From the human T2T-CHM13v2.0 reference genome, Homo sapiens: a stretch of 64,000 nucleotides of DNA. Position 1 is the first letter of the stretch; the number at the start of each line of letters is the position of its first letter. Below the pieces are notes generated by a model. The model ran no database searches and was not told where the DNA came from. It saw only the letters and a list, made by a program, of their open reading frames with translations. Shown here piece after piece: positions 1 through 21,929 of this stretch. The stretch lies in NCBI RefSeq assembly GCF_009914755.1, contig NC_060936.1. One strand, 5' to 3'. The position numbers were made by a program, and so were the translations under genes.

Positions 1-174
1 CCTCAGCCTCCTGAGTAGCTGGGATTACAGGCGCCCGCCACCCCACCTGTCTAATTTTTTGTATTTTAGTAGAGATGGGGTTTTCTGCATGTGAGTTAGA
101 AATTCAAAGAGAAATTTTAAAAATAGTTGATTCATTTAAAAATTAACAACCCATTAAATGTTAACATAATTTTT

Positions 175-750
<576 letters not shown>

Positions 751-2035
751 CCTATTTCTTAATGACTAAAAAGTTTATTTTCCAAACAAACAAAAATGTA
801 GTGCAGAGAGTGGCTTTGTTTTACATTTCTACAAATTGCTTTAATATCTAGTTTAACAGAAGTTGGAATCTCATATCTGTTTCTTTATTTAATCTGTTAG
901 ACTATGTTGTTTTGGTTATAACAAGGCTGGGCACAGCACCTCACGCCTGTAATCCCAGCGCTTTGGAAGGCCAAGGCCAGTGAACTGCTTGAGCCCAGGA
1001 GCTCCAGACCAGCCTGGGCAACATGACAAAACCCTGTTGCTACAAAATATATAAAACATCAGCCAGGCACGTGAGCACAAAAAATGGCCACAAAAAATCA
1101 GCCGGAAACCTATTTCTTCACCATATATATACATATACATACATACATATATGTATATATGTTAAAGAAAATTCAGCTTCGTATTTATTGGTTGAAAAGG
1201 GGAAGGATATTTTAATACCCTTTTCAAACTGTGAAAGTTGTTCGACACTACATCAACTCAACAAGTGGCAGCTTTTCAAAGGTTAGCAGCAATGTAGAGT
1301 CATAAACTATATTAAAATCTGTTGGTCTATCCTGCAATTTAAATGGATCCTTCACTCATGCATAATTTTGTAACATTATACACTGGTCATCCGGAAAGCA
1401 ATGATTCATTGAGTTATGTACACCTTATAAATGCTGACACATTTCATCATATAGTATCATCACATGTCACACAGTCTGTAGAAAATTCCATTGTATACCT
1501 GGGAGAGAACAATACTGAAAAGGCAAATAACATTTCAGTATTATTATAAAAATGGTCTTCACCTGGTTGATTCTCTGAAGTGTCCCCAGATAATACTTTG
1601 AGAACTTCCAAATTATGTGGTATCTCTTACTAAGTAATAGGACACAACCATTTAAAAAAATGAAGATGTCAGTATTGATGCTGAACTCCTACTGATCCCA
1701 CCAAAACTAGGCTCAGATTGTACCCTCTAAAAAGAATTCCCTCAAAAGCATTCCTACTCACTCTACAGCTCTTTAATTTCTTTCCTTCCTTCCTTCCCTT
1801 CATTCCTTTCAATTTTCTTCTGTGCTCCCATTGCACCTGATACAATGACCTGTCACAGAACTTACCACATTCTACTATGAATTGTCTGATTATTCAACTA
1901 TCTCTCAGTAGCTTGAAAAGCTATCTTAAGTTAGGGAATATCTTTTATTTCTGGAACTCCAGAACCTGGTATATGCATTTAGTAGGAATTAGAAAAGTTT
2001 GGTGGGCCAGTGCATCAACCGTAAACTAGACATAC

Positions 2036-2089
2036 CTCTCCCATCTGTTGTTCAATAATTTGATGTGCAATTTCTTCTATGGTTGCCAT
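2036..2089 (-). CDS. NR2C1: NR2C1 (TR2) first coding exon, MATIEEIAHQIIEQQMGE; exon spans 2036-2096 including 7 nt of 5' UTR; the gene continues left of the window
   Basis: Minus strand reads tttatttttggcag|GTAGATC ATG GCA ACC ATA GAA...GGA GAG|gtatgt. The peptide matches the human TR2 N-terminus as I recall it, and splice sites are canonical AG/GT. Confidence 0.96.
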
Positions 2090-2435
2090 GATCTACCTGC
2101 CAAAAATAAAAAGATGTTTTATAATTAAACTCACAAAACACTCTTATTAAATAATTTACAAATAAAACTATATGATATTTAAGATTTGCTTCAAAATAAT
2201 CTAGTTAAGGTGGGAGGGTTGGCTTTTTCTGAAGTTTCTTTTTTCCATTCATGGGTTGCCTTTTCCATGTGTCTTTTTTATTTTTTTTTTTTTTAAAACA
2301 AGGCCCACCCAGGCTGGAGTGTAGGGGGCACCATCACGGCTCACTGCAGTCTCAACCTCCTGGGCTCAAGTGATCCTCCCACCTCAGCCTCCTGAGTAGC
2401 TGGAACTACAGGTATACACCACCACACCTGGCTAA

Positions 2436-2763
<328 letters not shown>

Positions 2764-2889
2764 TAGTAGAGACAGGGTTTCACTGTGTTAGCCAGGATGG
2801 CCTTGATCTCCTGACCTCGTGATCTGCCTGCCTCGGCCTCCCAAAGTGCTGGGATTACAGGCGTGAGCCACTGCACCCGGCCCCAGCCC

Positions 2890-3127
2890 TCCATGTATCT
2901 TTATATGTTTATACGGTCTTCCCTCTGAGTGTCTGTGTCCTCTTCATAGAAGGACATCAGTTATTTTGGATTACGGTACACTCTAATGAACTAATTTTAA
3001 CTCAATTATCTCTTTTAAGGCCTTATCTCCAATATACTCAATTCTGAGGTACTGGTGGTCAGGACATCACCATAGGAATTTGGGATTCATATGATTTTGT
3101 GGGAGAACCGAATTCAGCCCATAACAC
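2890..3127 (-). mobile_element. MaLR LTR (MLT1A/B-like) fragment
   Basis: 'aaggacatcagttattttggatta...attctgaggtactgg...aattcagcccataaca' terminus. Confidence 0.7.
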
Positions 3128-3388
3128 TCAGGCATAAACCCAATAAGGAACATGCAAGATCTAGGTAGGCAAATAAAACTTTAAAATGCTGCCTAAAGAC
3201 AAGAAAATCTACACTTGGACCGGCCCCGGTGGCTCACATCTGTATTCCTAGCACTATGGGAGGCCAAGGTGGGCTGATTACCGGAGATCAGGAGTTTGAG
3301 ACTAGCCTGGCCAACATGGTGAAACGCCATCTCTACTAAAAATACAAAATTAGCCAGGTGTGGTGGTACATGCCTGTAATCCCAGCTA

Positions 3389-3700
<312 letters not shown>

Positions 3701-4016
3701 TTAAAAGGACACATAAGAAAGAAAATGGATCCAATAAGTACCTCCAAGGAAAGAAACTGCAAGTTTGGAAACAGGAATGGAAGGGAGACTTATTTTTCAT
3801 TGAATAAGTGTTTGATGCTTTTAAATTTTGCTTAAATACAAGGATTACCACAAAAATTAAAGTAATAAACAAATAAGAAATCTCTTCCAGAAATCCTAAA
3901 ATCAACACCAGTGTATTGGTGCATTAGACTCAAAGAAGTCACCTCCTAATGAAAACTTAGGGAGATAAACTATTTGTTTATCTGAATGAATTCCAGGGAC
4001 TCATTAGATCAATATA

Positions 4017-4356
4017 TAGTCATGTACTGCACAATGTTTTAGTCAATGAATGAGACTGCATATACAATAGCGGTACCACAAGTTTACACCCATAACACTG
4101 TATTTTTACTACACCTCTTCCACGTTTAGATTTGTTACTTACATAAATACTACTGTGTTAAAACTGCCTACAGTACTCACTAAAGTAACATGCTGTGTGG
4201 GTTTGTAAATTAAGAGCAACAGGCTATGCTGTATAGCCTATGTGTATGGTAAGTTATACCATTTAGTTTTGTGTAAGTATGCTCTATGATGTTCATCTGT
4301 GATAAAATCACTTAGGGATGCTTTTCTCAGAACACATCCCCATAACATATGACTAT
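4017..4356 (+). mobile_element. Tigger3/MER7-like DNA transposon remnant
   Basis: Termini tagtcatg...catatgacta with internal 'gactgcatatacaatagcggtacc' and 'gatgcttttctcagaacacatcccc', which are typical of Tigger3a. Confidence 0.75.
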
Positions 4357-4392
4357 ATTTTCCAAGACTAAATTTAACTCCGAAGATAAGGC

Positions 4393-5152
<760 letters not shown>

Positions 5153-5685
5153 ATACACTGTTGGTGGAAGGTTAGACTGTTTTAACCTTCCTAGAAAAGT
5201 AATTTGCCAATGTATACCAAGAGCCTTAAAAATGTTCATATTGACTGGCTCAAAAATTTATTCAATTTTCTTCCATTCAACAAATCACTTGTTGAATGCT
5301 TACTAGGGGCCAGGCATTCACAGAACGACTTATCCTTATTCTCCAGCTTCAGACCATCAGTGCTGCTTTAATGGCAAGGGAACAAAGTTTTAACCCCTTC
5401 CCTTGGTATTCATTCAATATTTATTATGCATTCACAAGGTGCCTGGCACTGTGAACACCACAATGGAGAGTTCTTTTATAATCCGACTTCCCCCTATTCT
5501 CATTTCCTATCACTCCCAAGAGGGGCCTCTGTTCAGGTCAAACTACGATGTTCTTTATTCCCCCAACATATTCCTACTTTCTCCCTCATTTAAATTCCAC
5601 CTGACTTTTAAGATTTGGTTCAAGCCAGGGGCGATGGCTCACGCCTGTAATCCCAGCACTTTGGGAGGCCAAGGCACGTGGATCA

Positions 5686-5998
<313 letters not shown>

Positions 5999-6434
5999 CT
6001 AGGATTCAGAAATAGATTTCTGTTAACTCCTAATACTGTCTGTAAAATTTTATCTAAAGGTGCATTTTTCTAGACAAGTTCATAAAAGACTTCAAGAGGC
6101 TGTAGATGGTCTTGTCACTGAAAAACGGCAACGAATTATATTTATACTATTATTTATTGTATGCTGTTTTGTTTTTATTCCCCAAGAGTAGGGATTATAC
6201 ATTGTGTGGCAGACACACAGACGGTGTGTGTTTGGGGATGTTTGCTCCCTCAAAATCCTTCCTTAAGATGCGGTGCCTGTAATTCCAGCTACTCAACAGG
6301 CTGAGGCAGGAGGATAGCTTGAGGCCAGAGATCTGTCTGGATAACAAAATGAGGCCCCCCACCATTTCTATAAAACAAAACAAAAAAACCTTTCCTAGAA
6401 GAAACTAACATGCCCCTTGAAAAACTAAGATTAG

Positions 6435-6810
<376 letters not shown>

Positions 6811-8084
6811 TAAAGCAAAGTTTAAAAACAATCATCGGCCGGGCGCGGTGGCTCACGCCTGTAATCCCAGTACTTTGGGAGGCCGAGGCGGGTGGATCAG
6901 AGGCGGGTACATCACGAGGTCAGAGTATCAAGACCATCCTGGCCAACATAGTGAAACCCCACCTCTACTAAAAATACAAAAAACAAAAACAAAAACAAAA
7001 ACAAAAAAACTAGCTGGGTGTGGTGGCTCGTGTCTGTAATCCCAGCTACTCGGGAGGCTGAGACAGGAGAATCGCTTGAACCTGGAGGCGGAGGTTGCAG
7101 TGAGCCGAGATCGCGCCACCGCACTCCAGCTTGGCGACGGTGAGACTCCCTCTCCCTCTCAAAAAAAAAAAAAAAAAAAGAAAAAAAAATCGAGTATCAC
7201 CAACCACACAGCAGAAATGGTTCAAAAAAGCTCAAAATCGAAGGTCCATTTACAAATTCTAGCGGTACTAAACCCTAAAGGCCGTAATTTTAGGTCTTTC
7301 TGCTTTTGCTTTCCGGTTACTTTTTTAAAGGCTGACCTACTTACTGAAGATTATGGGACAACCTGGCAACATTCGTACTGCACAAAAATGGTATCTGCCC
7401 GAGTTGGAAGAATTATTTCTTAACAAAAGAGCTATCTATCGGAAGCTTGGACATGCCCCCTGCAGTGAGAACCCTGGGGCCGTTCCATTTCTTCTGAAAA
7501 GATCCAGGCCCACAGGCAGCGACGACCCTGGCCAGATTTGCCGTGAGAGAAAAGTGAAAGTGGGGGGAGTCATTCTGTCCGTCCCGTGAAAGCACGGGAG
7601 TTAGTGACGGGATGCAGGCCGGGACTTGCGGCCACTAGCCGAGGGTCGGCCTCTCCCACGTCTCACTCGTGCCGGCGTTAGCCGTGCGCCCTGGAAGCCC
7701 CGGCGCTGCGCGCGGCTCTCCCGGGCGGGGAAAGCTGCAGCGCCGCGGAAGCTTTCCCTGCAGGTTAAAGGTCAGAGGCGCTGCGGTAAGCGCAGCTGGA
7801 AAGGGGGTTGTGTGCTCCAAGCCGCTCGCCGTCCGGCCCCGCGTCCCGCCGCCCCTGTCGCCCCCGCCTCTCCCGGGGCCCCGCGCATTTGGCGCCGCAG
7901 CTCCGCGCTCCCAGCCGAAGTCGAGCAGCCCCAAGCGGCGCTCCCAAACTGAACGGCTCCGCTGGCCGCAGGACGCCGGCCGGGGGATGCGCTGGGACCG
8001 CGTCCGTTGGCGGTTGGGGTGAAGGGCACCCCCTGGCCCCCGCCCCCGACGCGGTCGCTGGTGTCCCCACCCAGCGTTTCTTAC

Positions 8085-8320
8085 CGGCGCTTTTGCGCCC
8101 TGCTGACTCCGGCGTCGGGCGCCGACGCGACAGTCCCGCGGCTGCCACTCGTGGATTGGGGGGCGCTCCGGGAAGAGAGGTTGAAGAAAGCCGACGGGAT
8201 GTGGGATCGAGATTCACGGCGGAGAGAGCTTTCTGTGTTTGGGTATTTCTGGGGGGTCAGAGTTCGTGACCTCTTTCTCGGCTCGGCGGCGCGCTATCCC
8301 GCCAGCGCCTGCGCATTAGC
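8085..8320 (-). other. NR2C1: NR2C1 non-coding exon 1 (5' end approximate)
   Basis: Strong donor CCG|gtaaga at 8085/8084 inside the CpG island upstream of the coding exon. The TSS is inferred from the promoter motif cluster at ~8296-8354. Confidence 0.8.
8254..8272. promoter_or_regulatory. Composite nuclear receptor element: DR1 GGGTCAgAGTTCG overlapping IR0 AGTTCG-TGACCT
   Basis: Three RGKTCR half-sites are visible in the sequence. The IR0 resembles the retinoic-acid response element described for the mouse TR2 gene (recalled, not verified). Confidence 0.65.
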
Positions 8321-8642
8321 AACGGGGAGAAGCGGCGAGAGGAGGTCGTGACGTTCCCAGGGTGGGGTGGAGGGATCGGAGGGCCGAGCAGCGGCTCTGT
8401 GAGTCCACTGCCCCCTTTTGGCTTGGAGGCAGAGTGCCCCGCCAGAGCTACGCGTTCCCAGCCAGGTAATTTTTGAAGCCACGTGCAAAGGTTTAAGCAT
8501 CGTTTGCCAAAGGTGGGCATTAGGGGAGGTTTTGAGTCAACGTTTTAGATTTGAGTAATAAATAACCCTCTGGGTCTTAGGCATATCTGTTTCTAATTTC
8601 TGGAAAACTGGGCTCTGGGGTAGAGTCCAATCATATTTAAAC

Positions 8643-8765
8643 TTTTTTTTTTTTGTATTACACTTTAAGTTCTAGAGTACATGTACACAACGTGCAGGTT
8701 CGTTACATATGTATACATGTGCCATGTTGGTGTGCTGCACCCATTAACTCGTCATTTACATTAGT
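8643..8765 (-). mobile_element. Short 5'-truncated L1PA 3' end just upstream of the NR2C1 promoter
   Basis: poly-T followed by 'tacactttaagttctagagtacatgtacacaacgtgcaggttcgttacatatgtatacatgtgccatgttggtgtgctgcacccattaactcgtcattt'. Confidence 0.92.
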
Positions 8766-10189
8766 AAGCTTTATATATAATGACAAGCTGAGGCCGACTC
8801 ATGCAAATGGTAAGGCAAAGTTTCACTTATAAACTGTTGTGAGTAAAGAGACATAATGGCTAAACAGGGCAAGAATATAATCACTAGAGACTGGGCACGG
8901 TAGCTCACGCCTGTAATCCCAGCAAGTTGGGAGGCCGAGGCGGACGGATCACTTGAGCCCGGTTGTTTGAGGCCAGCCTGGCCAACATGGCGAAAACCCG
9001 TCTCTACAAAAAAATTAGCCAGTCCTGGTGGCGCGTGCCTGTCGTCCCAATTACTTGGAGGCTGAGGTGGGAGGATCACCTGAGTCAAGACGGCAGTGAG
9101 CCAAGATCACACCACCGCACTCCAGCCTGGGTGACACAATGAGTCTTTCTCTCTATATATATACACACACACATATATATGTATATTCCACATCCTCTCT
9201 ATAATATATATATTATTATATATTGAGGATTATCCTCAATGGCCGTTTTTTGTCTGTTTTGCTCAGTGATGTATTACCAAGCACATAGGACAATGCCTGC
9301 TATTCAATAATGATGTATGAAATGAAAGCCAGGCAAGTGGCTGCTGGGAGGCCAAGGAAAGATCACTTGGGGCCAGCAGTTGGAGACCGGCTTGGGCAAG
9401 ATAACAAAACCCTGCCTCCACAAAAAAAATTTTTCAAATTGTGAAATGAAGAGACATTGGTGGAACATCGCATTCTGACAGTGGCCACCTGTAGTGGCAA
9501 GGTGTGGCAGGAATAACTGCCCTGTGTGCAAAGTACTCTGCGCTTTAGATTTTGAAGCATTCTTGAAATTTCTAGTTTTTTTTTAAATCTCCTTTGTTTT
9601 GTCATGAAATTTCTATTTTATCTAGCTTAGGTCGGCACTGTAGGAAAGCAGCCACAAACTCAGGGCAGAAATCCAAGGAAGGAAAAACAAACGTTTGCTG
9701 GGAATGAGAACATCTCTGTTATTTCTCTCTGGAACTAGGCAGACGGACAGAGATCAAGGCATGAAACAATCCCTAACAAGTAAAAATATGCTTTATCCCT
9801 CATTAAAAATCCACCTCTGCTGAGCACAGTGGCTTCTGCCCCCAGAGCCTTGGGAGGCTGAGGTAGGAGGCTTGCTTGATGCCAGGAGTTTGAGACCAGC
9901 CTGGGCAACATAGTGAGACTCCATCTCTTAAAAAAAAAAGAAAAAAAAAAAGGCATGGTGGTGCAGGCCTGTATTCCTAGTTACTGAGGAGGCTGAGGTG
10001 GGAGGATTGCTTAAGCCCAGGAGTCTGGTCCAGTGTTGGCACCATTGCATTCCAGCCTGGGCGAGAGTGAAACTTTTTTTTTTTTCCAACCTCTACCTTT
10101 TAGCATTATTTGTTGTGTATTTGGTTTGGTTTTAAGGGAGACCCCTGCCAATACCATAAGCTGGTCCCAAAGGTGAAAATTATGAAAGT

Positions 10190-10556
10190 ATAGTCACGTC
10201 AGGGATATGTTCTGAGAAATGAGTCCTTAGGCAATTTCATTTTACTCTCATCATAGAGCGTACTTATACAAACCTAGATGGTCTAGCCTAGACACACCTA
10301 GGCTGTATGTTGTAGTCTGTTGCTCTTAAGTCACAAACCTAGGACAAACCCGTACAGCATGTTACTGAATACTGTAGGCAGTTGTAACATAATGGTAGGT
10401 ATTTGTGTATCTAAATATATATAAACATAGAAAAAGTACACTAAGTCCTTTTAAAAAAAAAGTGCAGTAAAAATAGGGGATTATAATCTTATGCAACCAT
10501 TATTGTATATGTGGTCTGTCCTTGACTGAAATATTGTTATGCAGTGCATGACTGCA
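10190..10556 (-). mobile_element. Tigger3/MER7-like DNA transposon remnant
   Basis: Reverse-complement similarity to 4017-4356 ('gggatatgttctgagaaatg', 'ttatgcagtgcatgactg'). Confidence 0.75.
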
Positions 10557-10738
10557 CTATAGGCCTAATGGATACAGGCAATCTGAGACCTCTTCACTAT
10601 TCTTGGTGGAGAATATGTATGCCTATAGTGATGCTTGTGGTTACCCCTTATCACCCAATTAATTCACTTAAGTCACAATAAGTTGACTTGTTAAAACTTG
10701 GAAGTAGAAGCCATTTTAGGAACATCATTTGTAGGTGA

Positions 10739-11094
<356 letters not shown>

Positions 11095-11260
11095 TAAATG
11101 TGTGACTCTAGCCGAAGTTCATCTTTAAATCTATGATGCTGGCCAGGCTCAGTAGCTCACGCCTGTAATCCTAGCACTTGGGGAGGTTGAGGCGGGTGGA
11201 TCACCTGAGGTCAGAGTTTGAGACCAGCCTGGCCAACATGGTGAAATCCCGTCTCTACTA

Positions 11261-16221
<4,961 letters not shown>

Positions 16222-16258
16222 CTACAATATTGTGCCTTCCTGAAATGCTTCTATCCAC
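16222..16258 (-). CDS. FGD6: FGD6 last exon coding part, (K)WIEAFQEGTIL*
   Basis: Acceptor AG at 16259-16260; phase 2 matches the previous exon; TAG stop. Confidence 0.95.
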
Positions 16259-17009
16259 CTATTGATAAGAGAAATCGGTTAGATTTGTAAAACCTAATCA
16301 TCTGACGTGTGAACACCATATAGATGACAGCTGGGCCTGTGGTCCTCATTACCATAACAACATAGGTAAGATATATATATATATGTATTTTTTTTTTTTT
16401 TTTTTGAGACAGAGTTTTGCTCTCGTTGCTCAGGCTGGAGTGCAATAGTGCTATCTCGGCTCACCACAATCTCTGCTTCCTGGGTTCAAGCGATTCCTCC
16501 CAAGTAGCTCGAATTACAGGCATGTGCCACCACACCTGGCTAATTTTGTATTTTTAGTAGAGACGGGGTTTTTCCATGTTGGTCAGGCTGGTCTTGGACT
16601 CCCGACCTCATGTGATCGGCCTGCCTCGGCCTCCCAAAGTGTTGGGATTACAGGCGTGAGCCACCGTGACCGGCCAGTAAGATCTTTTCTTGCAGCAAAT
16701 TGGCCTTCTGCATACATGGAACTACCCTTTATTTGGTAATTTGGTCCAAAATTTAGCCTGGAAAGTGTGCCTCTCATTTCTGATAGGCATAAGGAAGGGA
16801 CCATTTCATGTATAAAGGTTCTATGAAGTCTTGATGCTACCAATTAATTTATTTTGGAAGTTGATATTTCAGTGAAGGCTTTATTACAACTTCTTTTTTA
16901 TCTGGAATTTGGACTCAGTGCTTTTAGGAACACTAGTTCCCTGTCTCCTCCTACCTTAACTCTAGCTATCAGAGTTTCCTTGTATATCCCCTAATCCAGA
17001 CCTGTTTCA

Positions 17010-17432
<423 letters not shown>

Positions 17433-17566
17433 TTATCTGACAATATACACAGCTGCAATTATTCAGAAGATACTTGAGAGTAGTCTTTTTCCTCCCTACT
17501 AATGTAATTGCTTCTGAACTTTTTCTTCTTTCTTATGGAAATATCATTTCTTACGGTATTATTTTA

Positions 17567-17806
<240 letters not shown>

Positions 17807-19207
17807 TCACTCAGTTTAATTATTTTGTAAAAGCAACCTATAACAGATTCAGTTCAAATTTTAAGGAATTTTCAAAAATTTAATATTGAACATAAATAGC
17901 ATGTTATACTGCCATAGCAAGGCTTTTTTCCCACTAAAATTAATACATTTTAATATTCTGTCATGTACTTCAAAAAGCAATCCATATGATATTAATAAAG
18001 AGAAATTTATAATTTAGCCTGGGTCAATTCTAAATTATAAGTAAACTGACTTCCTTTACCTAACTACATGTAATTCTGTCTTGGTGGCATTTCTATCTTG
18101 TCAACTCAATGATGTAAGCAAAAGATGACATATATTGAAAAGCAGTACTTTTTTTCAGTTTGATGAAAATTGTAAGAAAGCTAATATCTGACAATATTAG
18201 GGCAATTGCTATTTTGTCTAAATAATTTTTATAGAAAAGATGGTTAAGTGACATAATTTAAAAATATTCTCCAGTAGCCAAAGGAAAATATTTGGAAGAA
18301 TAGCTATATACTGTTGGATATCCTAAAATAGACTGAAAAAAGAGTCTTACAGAGTGTGTGTAACATTGTGCCTGGCTGGTATTCAGGGATGTGTGCAATT
18401 CTGGTACATTAATCTTAACTGTCTTAAGAAACTAAAAGCTTTGCTCACTCAAAGCATTCTTTTTTATTTTCATGCACTTTTAAGCTTGTGGAGAACACAT
18501 GAACACCTCTTCCTGAAAACAAAAATGTATTCTTTTGTGAAGCCAAGGTAAAAATCAAATGAGAGATGATGAACTATTTTGTTCAAAAGAGACCTAATTT
18601 CACAGAGGTAGATACGCATCTCTATGTTAAGCAAACTGATAACATCTAAGTAAAGATTCTTGCTGGAATTCTGAGGAGACTGTTTCAGCCTTTGCCATCT
18701 AAACTGATAGCCATTTCCTTCTACTCAGTCACTGGAACAGCATGGGAGTCTCTTAATGTGTTTGACCTTTTCCCCAAAGAAGTTAGCGAGCAGCTGTTTA
18801 AACTCCTGCTGTTCCATGGCACAAATGAATCGCTGGATTGCCAAAGTCCTGGAATGTTTCAAGGGAAGATTCTTACCCTCATAGAAGGAGAGGTCAAATG
18901 CCTTAGCTTTCCTTCCTTTCAGCAGAGCAGCATCACGCTGCTTCCTCTGAGATCACGTGTAGATAAAATACTTTGTATAGGACTACCTATTTTCTTTTCC
19001 CCTCTGCCTCCTGAAAATATTCCAGATACCCCTGCCTTGTCTTTAAAACAATTCTGAAGAGTTTAAATAATACGTTAAATCTTTCTAATTAAAATCTCTG
19101 ATGTAAATTTTGAGTTGTCCCCATGCCTTAAAGTAGGTCATTTTACAAGCAACCATTAAAAAACTGAAATCTCATGAATAAAAGAAAAATATGGCCAGAT
19201 TACTTAC

Positions 19208-19356
19208 TTCTGAGCCGAATGAGCATCCTCTGCTTTGAATACATAAAATAACATGTTTTTGTGCAGTAACTGAAATACTTTAGACTCGGAATTCTCATCT
19301 TTAACTTGAATAACAGTGAATCCTAATAAAGGCTGACTCTCCAAAGCGGCCACGTC
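19208..19356 (-). CDS. FGD6: FGD6 exon (PH2): DVAALESQPLLGFTVIQVKDENSESKVFQLLHKNMLFYVFKAEDAHSAQK
   Basis: 149 nt, ag/gtaagt boundaries, open frame. Confidence 0.95.
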
Positions 19357-19947
19357 CTAATTTAAAAACATACAAATGGAGAAAAGTTTTTAGATTGAGA
19401 CAAAATTCAGATTTGAAAACTCTTGATCTACATAGCTCTAATTTAATTTCAATTATTCACATATAAGGTAATGATAATTCTAACAACTTACTCACTTCTC
19501 ATTTATTCAATAATATTCATTGAGCCACTCCCTCCCTAGGTACCCTATATGCCAGGCACTGTGGCACACAATTTCTGGCATGTTCACATCTACTGAATTT
19601 CACAACATCCTCACTAAACCAAGGAAGGCACGTGATTATATTACTTTCATTTTATGGATGCAGAAAACAGCTCAGAAAGGTAAGCTATTCACCTGGATCT
19701 CACTAAGGAAAAGTGTGGACCCTACAGCAGTGTTTTCATAGGATGGTGGAACACAGGGTGATCAGGTAGGAGAAAAGGACAGAATTAGAGTAAACTGCTA
19801 GAATTGTTTATAATCCAAAAAAGCCTATCTTATCTATGCTGCTGTCAGATCAATGCAATCTAACGATGACAGTAAAGGGAGTATCACTCAAGAGAGCTTG
19901 GCAGAAAGAAACACAGCTCTGCCTTTTTTTTTTTTTTTTTTTTTTGA

Positions 19948-20235
<288 letters not shown>

Positions 20236-20490
20236 TAATTAGTAGTCACACGACACACACAAAAATTGCATTTTAATAATATGGAAAATTCCTAACACAT
20301 TTGAGAAAGAGCTCTCCAGGTACAAAGCAAGAACACTGTTCACATTAAAAATAACAGCAACAACACCTCCCCCATCCAAAAGCAAAGCAAAAAATCTTAT
20401 GTAAAATAAATGGATTTTTAAAATATTGTAATTACTTGCAGTTGGCATTACAAAACCCCAAATTACTCATCTTTAGATTTCAGATCTTAC

Positions 20491-20619
20491 CTCACTTGCA
20501 GCATATGTATATAGTACTTTATTTTTTATGACAAACCAAAAGTGTTTCCAGGGTTTTTTATTGCCCTTTGATCTGTACAAGTAGCCACTCATAGAAGAAT
20601 CCTCTGTGTTTGCTGATAC
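20491..20619 (-). CDS. FGD6: FGD6 exon (PH2 start): VSANTEDSSMSGYLYRSKGNKKPWKHFWFVIKNKVLYTYAASE
   Basis: 129 nt, ag/gtaag boundaries, PH beta1-beta3 pattern. Confidence 0.95.
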
Positions 20620-21232
20620 CTAGATAAGAAACCCCATACAAAGTTTAATGGTTTTCAGACAAATTATAACAGCAAAATTATTTGCAACCAATAGGTGCTG
20701 AAAGCAATAACTGTAATGATAGAATGTTTCAGAATGAAATATATTTTCAAAGTGCTACTATACAAATTGAACTCTGCTATTAACATGAGCACAAAAAAGA
20801 AGACAACCATGTTAGAGGCAATTATAGAATTTTACTTGGTTTAACTGTGCCTGCACATGTTTGCGTATGTTTCTTGGTGGGTTCATCTGTGTTTTCTGGG
20901 TTGGCAGGTGAAGAAAAATAGTTCCAGAAGACTAAAATGCTTTTCTAAAAGCTGGATTTGGGGACTTGGGGATTTGTTTTTTATTGCTCTTATTTTGGGG
21001 CATCAGGGAAAATTATTTGAACCTTTAATTCTGTTCCTAAAAAACTTTTTGGACTTCTAAAAACCATACAAACAGAATAATAAACAGAAAATTCTACTAT
21101 TAAGGAAGCTCATTTTAAGAATCAATCTTTGCTTCCCAAATTATAGTAAGAAAGAAAAGAGGCTAATTTTTACTTCATAAAAAGTTGAAAATGTTTTCAT
21201 CTCTATGCAAAAAGACAGTAAGCTTTTACTGA

Positions 21233-21493
<261 letters not shown>

Positions 21494-21540
21494 TGATCCA
21501 CCCGCCTTGGCCTCCCAAAGTGCTGGGATTACAGGCGTGA

Positions 21541-21777
<237 letters not shown>

Positions 21778-21929
21778 TGATTTGCCTGCCTTGGCCTCCC
21801 AAAGTGCTGGGATTACAGGTATGAGCTATCGTGCCTGGCCTATTGACTCTAATAATGGTTATTAAAAGCTGTGTTCTTAAAAATGTAGGAGTAGATAAAT
21901 AACAAAATGTTTAGGATCTACCTTAGTAA

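Larger units (their letters stand above)
7520..8490. promoter_or_regulatory. NR2C1: CpG island / NR2C1 promoter
   Basis: Very GC- and CpG-rich ~1 kb block. Motifs: NRF1 GCGCCTGCGCA (8305-8315), E2F-like TGGCGGGA (minus, ~8297-8304), RFX half-site TTAGCAAC (8316-8323), CRE-like GTGACGT (8348-8354), E-box CACGTG (8480-8485). Confidence 0.92.

Noticed and set aside
7728-7758. GGGAAAGCT...AGCTTTCCC hairpin / NF-kB-like site
   Set aside because: A 9-bp stem in GC-rich DNA is within chance expectation.
7626-8351. Multiple long overlapping ORFs in the CpG island
   Set aside because: Expected from stop-codon scarcity in GC-rich DNA; low-complexity R/P/A/G peptides with mostly non-ATG starts.
9479-9500. 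CTCF-like CAGGTGGC between the FGD6 end and the NR2C1 promoter
   Set aside because: The 5' half of the core mismatches the consensus; too weak to call without ChIP data.
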